This document shows positions 57,775 through 64,000 of a stretch of DNA of 64,000 nt, piece after piece. The translations under genes were made by a program, and so were the position numbers. Each line of letters begins with the position of its first letter. The stretch's first letter is position 1. The DNA is from a virus, in the IMG/VR virus record IMGVR_UViG_3300042863_002274; one strand, given 5' to 3'. The notes beneath the pieces are model-generated. The model worked only from the letters and a program-made list of their open reading frames with translations, was not told the DNA's origin and made no database searches.

Positions 57775-58299
57775 ATGAGTCATGAAAAAGTTCTACTTAG
57801 TTATTCATCGAGACAATACAAAGCACTCTCGTATGCCAAGATGAAAGGGTTTGAAGGCTTCACGTCTCGCTCTTTGGCAAACTGTCTGGCAGGTCTTTTT
57901 AGACCTAAAGAAAAACATGTAGAACTTTCTGGGCGGACCATCACCGAGCTTCAGGTTAAAAAGTTAATCCAGCGAATCGGTTCGTTAAAAGATGAAAATT
58001 TTAAGACAATCGGGCTGTACCGGATTACCCCAGATGGCACGAGAGCCATGGTGGAGGCTGTCTCTGAGCACAGAATCAAGATGAGGCAAGATATAGGCGC
58101 GAAATTTACAATACTCGCTCAGGAGCAGCTTTCTGCTTCGTCCAATTTGGGTCTCCCAATGGACGACAAGGTTCTTGATGCTGAAGAGAAGGTGTTGGAT
58201 GAAATGTATTCAAGGCTTATTGAAAGAAACAGAATCAAAAATGTTGCATCAACAAAAAGAAAAAAGATTAAACCTAACCCAGTTCTTCCATTGAATTAG
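57775..58299 (+). CDS. Hypothetical protein, possible wHTH
   Basis: KKLIQRI...YRITPDG. Confidence 0.6.
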   Translation: MSHEKVLLSYSSRQYKALSYAKMKGFEGFTSRSLANCLAGLFRPKEKHVELSGRTITELQVKKLIQRIGSLKDENFKTIGLYRITPDGTRAMVEAVSEHRIKMRQDIGAKFTILAQEQLSASSNLGLPMDDKVLDAEEKVLDEMYSRLIERNRIKNVASTKRKKIKPNPVLPLN

Positions 58300-58618
58300 A
58301 AATCATCCACGCGCTAAAGATGTCGTCACTCAGCGGCATGAACCAAACTTGACATGAGTCAAAGTTGTTGATGTCTCCCACTATGGTCCACGAGATGTCA
58401 AGGAACTCTACGGGTGGACATATCCCCCCATTGCACTCCATGCCAAAGCGATTAATAAACCAAGTCACTACACAGTCACCAGCCATGTTTTTACATGGTG
58501 AACTGTCTTCGTGGGGGCAAAGCGTGGATAGAACTTCTAATTCCGCTTTATTGATTCTGAGTTCAATCTTGTGGCCGTCATTGTGCCAGACCTGCTGAAG
58601 CTCTTCATGTCTACTCAT
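58274..58618 (-). CDS. Hypothetical protein
   Basis: ORF. Confidence 0.65.
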   Translation of the reverse strand: MSRHEELQQVWHNDGHKIELRINKAELEVLSTLCPHEDSSPCKNMAGDCVVTWFINRFGMECNGGICPPVEFLDISWTIVGDINNFDSCQVWFMPLSDDIFSAWMISNSMEELG

Positions 58619-58701
58619 GGTAAGTCAATTCGGATAAATTTGAAAAAATAGCCGCATCCCTTTACAGTCGGCAAGGCCTAAACCCAATTTACCATTCTTC
58701 C

Positions 58702-59031
58702 TTACACTGAGGCAGAAGTATCTTTGATAGCCGTTCTTTTCTTAATAACGTTCTGCTCATGGTTGTCAATCTCTTCTTCGGTGACAGCCGAGCCTTTTTT
58801 GTCGAAACGAGAAAAGACAGCGTTTATCTCTTTTGTTGTCAGTTTGCCATCATCGAGGAAAGCTCTCGATAGCCCCTCTACGACTGTAGCCACTCCGGCT
58901 ATGCCTGCCATAAAAATTGACTTCCACACGGGGACTCCAGCGATTGTTCCCGCTCCAATAACCCCAAGACCAGATGCAGCAAAGGTAGCAAAAATGCGCA
59001 TTATGATATTTAGAAATAATTCTTTTTTCAT
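58702..59031 (-). CDS. Two-TM holin-like membrane protein
   Basis: Two TMs and a charged tail; lies near the putative endolysin. Confidence 0.55.
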   Translation of the reverse strand: MKKELFLNIIMRIFATFAASGLGVIGAGTIAGVPVWKSIFMAGIAGVATVVEGLSRAFLDDGKLTTKEINAVFSRFDKKGSAVTEEEIDNHEQNVIKKRTAIKDTSASV

Positions 59032-59082
59032 TTTCTCTCCATTTAGAGCCAATCCCCTGGCCCATGTTTTTAGATATTGCTT

Positions 59083-59292
59083 TTATGACGAAAAAGCACA
59101 TCCTTTTGAACAATAATTTTTTTCGTTTTTTATGCGAATCATTCCTCTAGTTGTTGACTTGCCGCATTTGGCACAAATAGAAGAAGAACCTTTAGAACCA
59201 AGAAACAGAACTTGAGTGCCGTATATGGCTGGGTCCTGAACTATTTGCTTGATTTGTCCTGCTACTGGTTTGGCGGGTTTTTTGGGAGCCAT
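59083..59292 (-). CDS. Small Zn-finger protein
   Basis: CAKC...CSKGC. Confidence 0.6.
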   Translation of the reverse strand: MAPKKPAKPVAGQIKQIVQDPAIYGTQVLFLGSKGSSSICAKCGKSTTRGMIRIKNEKNYCSKGCAFSS

Positions 59293-59410
59293 TATATTTC
59301 ACTATCTCTATTGCTGATTTTTACAGCCTCAATCCACACGACAGCGAGCAAAGAAGCCAAAGCCACCGCGCCAACAATCAGTAGTCCGGCAAAAAAAGAA
59401 ACAGTACGCA

Positions 59411-59638
59411 TTACACGTTCCCTTTTACATGGTCACGAATATGTTGGTCAAGCTTTACTTCGTTACGAACAACGGTCTCTTCAACACGGTCGATTGACCT
59501 TCCAAGACTTTTGCCAATAATGTCAAGCTTTTCTGAAACAACTCCATGGTCAGATTTGTTTTCGCGTCGTCCTTTTTCAACAAGGGCAACTAGTACGGCA
59601 CCGACTACCGTGATGAGAGCAACTGTGATTGCTTCCAT
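59411..59638 (-). CDS. Single-TM coiled-coil (holin-associated type) protein
   Basis: N-terminal TM; ends KLDQHIRDH. Confidence 0.65.
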   Translation of the reverse strand: MEAITVALITVVGAVLVALVEKGRRENKSDHGVVSEKLDIIGKSLGRSIDRVEETVVRNEVKLDQHIRDHVKGNV

Positions 59639-59644
59639 TCTGAA

Positions 59645-60175
59645 TCATGCACCAGGCTTTGGAAGGGCACGCCATGCTGCTTCAAACTTTGCTGCGTCTT
59701 TTGCCATTTCTGGTGAAAGTTCTAAATGCAACCAAAAACCGCCGAATGAACCAGCATTGTCAGATTCACTAAAAATCTTTACCCCAGCCTCGTTTTCGCC
59801 GCGGGAGCACCTGAAGCCTCTTCCATAGCCCTTGTCTTTGTCCTTTGGGGTTGCGTCAAATGCGTAGTCGTGAATTTCTTCAATGCCGAGTTCCTTGGTG
59901 TACTTAATAAACCAGTTCCACATTTCAACGCCAACCTTGCGGTCTTTGTAACCAACGTCACATGCGGCTCCAGTTGCGTGAACGCTCAGGAACTTCTCCA
60001 TGCCTGGGTCGCCAATCTTCTTACCCTCTGTCTTGGAATTTCTCATCAATCTTGGAGAATAAATTCCCATATTGGAAGTTTTCCACCTAGCCGCACAAAG
60101 CGCAACGAGTTTTTCCGTGCCAGGTTGTGCGCCTTTTCCGTCAAAACTTGGATAATAGGAATATTTTCTTGGCAT
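59645..60175 (-). CDS. Peptidase M15-like putative endolysin
   Basis: R...SVHATGAACD...WLHLE zinc-ligand pattern. Confidence 0.65.
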   Translation of the reverse strand: MPRKYSYYPSFDGKGAQPGTEKLVALCAARWKTSNMGIYSPRLMRNSKTEGKKIGDPGMEKFLSVHATGAACDVGYKDRKVGVEMWNWFIKYTKELGIEEIHDYAFDATPKDKDKGYGRGFRCSRGENEAGVKIFSESDNAGSFGGFWLHLELSPEMAKDAAKFEAAWRALPKPGA

Positions 60176-60287
60176 AAAAGTCTCCGTGCATGTGGTTGTG
60201 CGACCGTTTTGTATCATAAAAACGCTCCCACATTGTACCTCATTAAAACGCACCCCTAAATAAAGGGCTACAAATAGAAGTAACTAT

Positions 60288-61787
60288 TTATTTTTTTGAT
60301 TCCTTACGCCTTATATATATAAGTGTAAGTATTCCAAAAAGTATTGACGACAAACCTAGTAGAAGACTCTTGGTAAATGCTCCACCTGTTTTAGGCAAAT
60401 CATGACTATGTGTTCCGTGGTCGTGAACTGTAGTTGTCGTAACTTCAGCGACTACAGGAACTGTTGTTTCTATAATCGAAGTAGTTGGGGCTATGGCTTC
60501 AGCAACAGTAGTACTAGGTACAACTTTTATTGTAGTGCTTGGAGCAATGGCAACCGTAGTACTTGGAGCAACGCTAGTTGTAGTACTTGGAGCAGCAGTA
60601 CTAGTTGTGGTACTTGGAGCAGCAGTACTAGTTGTGGTACTGGTAGTACTAGTAGTACTGGTAGTAGGAGCAGCTGTTGTTGTGGTTGGAGGATTCCAAG
60701 AAACTGTTGCTGAAACCGTCTTGGCTACACCGTTGACCGTAGCCGTAGCCGTGTAGACGGCAGTTCCGGTTGAGTTTGTTCTTACCGTTAATGTCGCTAC
60801 GCCACTTGCGTTAGTGGTGGCAGTTAGTGTTTGCCCTGCATCTGGGCCACTGCTGACAGTAACCGTAACCGTGACTCCAGACTGAGGGACTCCAGCAAGT
60901 GTCTGTGCAGTAGCGGTAATAGTTAGGTCTTCTCCAGCATTTGGAGTAGTTGGACTAATAGCAAGAGTGAAAGAACTAGGAAGCGATACAGACCCACCAC
61001 CAATAGACACTGCTTTTCTGGTACTTGAAGCAGTTGGGTATGGGTAATCAACAAGAGTCTTTAGTGTCCCTACGTTTCCAGTGAAGTATCCATGCCAACA
61101 GGCCGCAACTATTGAGTTGCTTAATGCAAAGTCCGCAATGCCATCGGCCGTTGCGTCTGGTCCACCGTTACAACCACCGTTGTTGTAGGTGGCGCTTGGG
61201 AGCAGTGCGCTAAGCCAACCATATGAACCCATGTTTGCAAACAAACCACCACCAGAGTTAACGAAGTCGGCAATTTTTTCAGCGTTTGTTGTGAATGTTG
61301 CTTCAATTACTGAAGAGCGAGACCAGTTGTCTGGAATCCAGATTAATGCTGGCTGTGCGGAAGTGATTGTTGAAGCAAAAAATGTTTCTATTTGAGTATT
61401 TGTTGTATAGAAATCAACACCAGGTGCTGTTGTGAACTCTGATACGTATTGGGTAATTTTGGTTGCCCACGATGAACCGCATGAGTTATTTGTTCCGTTT
61501 GAACCAAGGATTGCAATGCGGCCGTTGTTTGGGTTAGTTGCACCATCGTGAACTTTCTTTAGTACACGAGCAATATATAAGCCGGTATTTTCTCCGCCAG
61601 AGTGGCAAACGGGGTCCATACCATCAAGAACGATTGGTCCGCCGCCAGTTGTTGCACGAGCTGCGCTTCCTGAAATCAAAACCCCACTGTCGGAAGAATA
61701 ATTAATAGGTAACGCGCTTACGCCAACAGCAATTAAGAAAAATGCTACTCCTTGGGTAAGTTTTTTTATAAACTTATCTGTAATCAT
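60288..61787 (-). CDS. Secreted surface protein with Ig-like domain, Thr-rich stalk and LPKTG sortase signal
   Basis: Signal peptide; VTVTV...TTNASGVATLT; APSTT repeats; LPKTG then TM then RRKESKK. Confidence 0.85.
   Translation of the reverse strand: MITDKFIKKLTQGVAFFLIAVGVSALPINYSSDSGVLISGSAARATTGGGPIVLDGMDPVCHSGGENTGLYIARVLKKVHDGATNPNNGRIAILGSNGTNNSCGSSWATKITQYVSEFTTAPGVDFYTTNTQIETFFASTITSAQPALIWIPDNWSRSSVIEATFTTNAEKIADFVNSGGGLFANMGSYGWLSALLPSATYNNGGCNGGPDATADGIADFALSNSIVAACWHGYFTGNVGTLKTLVDYPYPTASSTRKAVSIGGGSVSLPSSFTLAISPTTPNAGEDLTITATAQTLAGVPQSGVTVTVTVSSGPDAGQTLTATTNASGVATLTVRTNSTGTAVYTATATVNGVAKTVSATVSWNPPTTTTAAPTTSTTSTTSTTTSTAAPSTTTSTAAPSTTTSVAPSTTVAIAPSTTIKVVPSTTVAEAIAPTTSIIETTVPVVAEVTTTTVHDHGTHSHDLPKTGGAFTKSLLLGLSSILFGILTLIYIRRKESKK
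60520..60690 (-). repeat. Coding tandem repeats (APSTTT.., about 24-27 nt)
   Basis: Repeated gtacttggagcagcagtactagttg. Confidence 0.8.
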
Positions 61788-61960
61788 TAATCTTCCTTTT
61801 TAAATACAATTCCAAGCAAGTGAACAGTTAAGGCAATGCCCGAAATCCATGCACCCATTGTTCTTGTATCTCCGGAAAGGGTTATCAAAACCGTTACCGC
61901 ACCTGCGAGCGTCCATGCAAGTGAATGGAACTCTTTTGCTATTTTTTTTAAAGCTTTCAC
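61787..61960 (-). CDS. 57-aa two-TM protein not in the ORF track
   Basis: GTG start overlapping the upstream stop; MKALKKIAKEFHSLAWTLAG...; TAATG coupling downstream. Confidence 0.6.
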   Translation of the reverse strand: MKALKKIAKEFHSLAWTLAGAVTVLITLSGDTRTMGAWISGIALTVHLLGIVFKKED

Positions 61961-63999
61961 TTTATTCTCCTCCTATTAGAAGTTTTTTTATTTTCAGATG
62001 GTCCACCGCCGCCTTCGCCGCCGCCTCCACCACTACCGCTTGGACCGCTTGGTGCAGACGGTGCAGATGGAGCCCCACCTGCCATGGTCATACCCATTGC
62101 AGCAGTCGCTGCTGCTACAACCACTCTTCGTGTTCCAACGTCAACAGCAGAACCAAGTGGCACATACGTGTCAATAGCGCCATCGAATACGTTAATTTCC
62201 GATTCCATTGATTCTCTGACTTCGGTTGGTGCGTCCTGAACAGCCTCAACTAAGGCCGCAGCCTCTTCTGGTGTTACGTTTGAGATATCCACAGCATCAA
62301 AGATTTCTGCTGCCTGTTCGCCGTCGATACTCTCCAAGACTTTTGCGCTTGTCGCAAGTTCTGTAGCTTGGTCTTCTGTAACGCCGCCTTCAATAACCGA
62401 GTCAACTGCGGCAGCTACTTGTTCTTCTGTAACTGCGTCTGATTCCAGAACACCAACAAGTTCTTCAAACTGTTCGTCAGAAAGTGGTTCATCTAAAACG
62501 GCATCAATAATGGCATCGAATTTCTCATCAGAAATCGGTTCGTCAAAAACTGCCTCAAGAGCATCGCCAAACTGTTCGGTTGACAAAGGCCCATCAAACA
62601 CTGCTTGCACTGCAGTGTCAAACTGTTCGTCGCTTAATGCAGAAGTATCTGTAAAGACAGCATCAACTGCAGCAGAAAAGTTTTCGTCAGACATGGGTCC
62701 GTCAAACACTGAATCAATAACTGTAGAAAACTGCGTGTCTGTTAGTTCTTGGTCAAGAAGTGAATTAACTACAGCAGTGAGTTCTTCTGGGGTTCCGGCA
62801 TCTGCAACCAAATCGTCAACTGCATTTGCAAGTCCTGTATCAGACATAGGGCCGTCAAAAATGTCTGCAACTGCAGCGTCGGCTGCTTCTTGGGTGTCTT
62901 CCGGAACTACTATCGGCGGCTCGTCCGTTTGTGTTGTTGTCTCTTGTTCTGGGGCATATTGTGGTACCGAGGTGGCGGGTCCATCACCTTCGGTGTTACC
63001 TTCGCTCGTGGGTGTCTCAACTGGGGGTACCTCCACTGGTGTATCAAATATTGTTTCAATTACGGTTGTAGTAGTTGGCGAAATTGTTGTAACTGTTGTT
63101 TCTATTTCTGGCGTTGAAACTGGAGTTGGGTCTAGTTCTGGCGTTGAAACTGGAGTTGGGTCTAACTCGGGAATTGAGACAGTGGTGTTATCTGTTGGAA
63201 GTGTTTCAATGGGAGGAGGGACAATATCTGGTTCGGTAGTTGTTGTATCATTAATAGGTGAAACTATTGTTGTGCTTGTGGTCGTTGTGGGCACTATTGA
63301 TGTACTGGTTGTACTAGTGCTGCTGGTGGTCGTAGTGGTAGGTGGAACTGGTTCAAGAACAATTGCATCCGCGCTGGTGCTTGGGCCGTACATGCAGGAA
63401 CCAGTACCAACACCCACACATGGACCATTCATTGCGTAAACCTTGAAGCGGACAGGGCCATACCCAGTAGTAACTGAAGCACTTCCGTTAAACATGGAAT
63501 CACTAAGTAAATAAGAGGTATTTACGGCAGCTGTCCAAACACCCCACCCGCCACGCTCTACGCCATCGTCGTAGTCCACAAAATTGACCGAGTATCCATA
63601 TATTTCTGTGTTGCTTGCTTCTGGTGCATCCCAGTTGAGAGTTACGCTTCCGTCATTGTTTGCCGTCGCAGTTAAGTTGCTTACCGCGTTGAAGTAGCTG
63701 ACAGAAAGACTTTCCCATGACTGCCCATTAGTGGAGGTCATTACTCTGTTTCCTGTGCCAGAGTTTGCTACAGCAACGTATTTTCCCGCCCCATAAGCAA
63801 CACCTTGCCATGAGTTGTTTGGTACGCCAGAACCAAGCGTCCAGTTTGCACCATCGGTTGAATAAGCAGAGCGAGAATTTACTCCACCTTCTGCTACGGC
63901 AATAAACTTGTTTCCACCATATGTTATGTATTTCCACTGGTTGGCTGGAGCACTTGCGGTGTTGGTCCAGTTAACTCCGTTAGTAGAGTAAGCACCATA
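61957..63999 (-). CDS. Large surface-type protein (5'-partial): beta-propeller S-x-[DN]G-x-x-W repeats, FN3-like domain, Thr/Pro stalk, acidic helical repeats
   Basis: Frame stays open to the window edge (YSTNGVNW, YSTDGANW, TSTNGQSW); LNWDAP; DEQF...FDGP repeats. Confidence 0.85.
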   Translation of the reverse strand, partial: YGAYSTNGVNWTNTASAPANQWKYITYGGNKFIAVAEGGVNSRSAYSTDGANWTLGSGVPNNSWQGVAYGAGKYVAVANSGTGNRVMTSTNGQSWESLSVSYFNAVSNLTATANNDGSVTLNWDAPEASNTEIYGYSVNFVDYDDGVERGGWGVWTAAVNTSYLLSDSMFNGSASVTTGYGPVRFKVYAMNGPCVGVGTGSCMYGPSTSADAIVLEPVPPTTTTTSSTSTTSTSIVPTTTTSTTIVSPINDTTTTEPDIVPPPIETLPTDNTTVSIPELDPTPVSTPELDPTPVSTPEIETTVTTISPTTTTVIETIFDTPVEVPPVETPTSEGNTEGDGPATSVPQYAPEQETTTQTDEPPIVVPEDTQEAADAAVADIFDGPMSDTGLANAVDDLVADAGTPEELTAVVNSLLDQELTDTQFSTVIDSVFDGPMSDENFSAAVDAVFTDTSALSDEQFDTAVQAVFDGPLSTEQFGDALEAVFDEPISDEKFDAIIDAVLDEPLSDEQFEELVGVLESDAVTEEQVAAAVDSVIEGGVTEDQATELATSAKVLESIDGEQAAEIFDAVDISNVTPEEAAALVEAVQDAPTEVRESMESEINVFDGAIDTYVPLGSAVDVGTRRVVVAAATAAMGMTMAGGAPSAPSAPSGPSGSGGGGGEGGGGPSENKKTSNRRRIK
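63106..63164 (-). repeat. Near-perfect 30-bp coding tandem duplication (DPTPVSTPE[L/I])
   Basis: ttctggcgttgaaactggagttgggtcta twice. Confidence 0.9.
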
Positions 64000-64000
64000 T

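Noticed and set aside
62510-63439. 309-aa plus-strand ORF
   Set aside because: Antisense shadow of the low-complexity surface protein
1-64000. Stop-codon reassignment (alternative genetic code)
   Set aside because: Long conserved genes are intact in code 11, and TAG, TGA and TAA all end recognisable genes
1-64000. Bacterial chromosome origin of the window
   Set aside because: No core housekeeping operons and a high density of small phage-type ORFans; a plasmid-like element cannot be fully excluded because no capsid gene is in view

Overview
This window looks like part of a large (probably jumbo) dsDNA phage of an Actinobacterium. The evidence is WhiB, an actinobacterial-type SSB, an Rpf-like muralytic enzyme, an LPxTG protein, a proteasome-beta/HslV-like gene, dense small ORFans and no cellular core genes. 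No capsid or terminase gene is recognisable here, so the phage call is inferred. There are three zones. (1) 0.5-19.4 kb: a 3009-aa multi-enzyme protein whose domains are separated by nine [RK]LSSG motifs, then ssb, thioredoxin, a tRNA(CAU), a non-canonical tRNA-like element with a UAU loop, a complete rmlACBD dTDP-rhamnose operon and an Rpf-PGbinding-SLT hydrolase. (2) About 20.4-49.6 kb: many short transcription units built from a reiterated regulatory grammar: about 60 copies of (G)AGTAGATAA, AGCCCCG-N17-CGGGGCT inverted repeats, GGGG-N-GAGAGATAA boxes, ACGGTGGTGGAAG boxes and about 19 AAGTCTGT...TGGTA promoters. This zone also carries DUF932, SNF2 helicase, ParA-like, XRE and MoxR-AAA/vWA genes. 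(3) 50-64 kb: replication-type and RHH genes, whiB, an Ntn protease, a phosphoesterase, a putative lysis cassette and surface proteins. The best candidates for undescribed biology are the RLSSG-punctuated effector polyprotein with a C-terminal Cys-His-Asp domain, the multi-motif cassette/stoperator-like system, and the rearranged tRNA-like RNA. All counts and domain calls were made by eye; no database searches were run.
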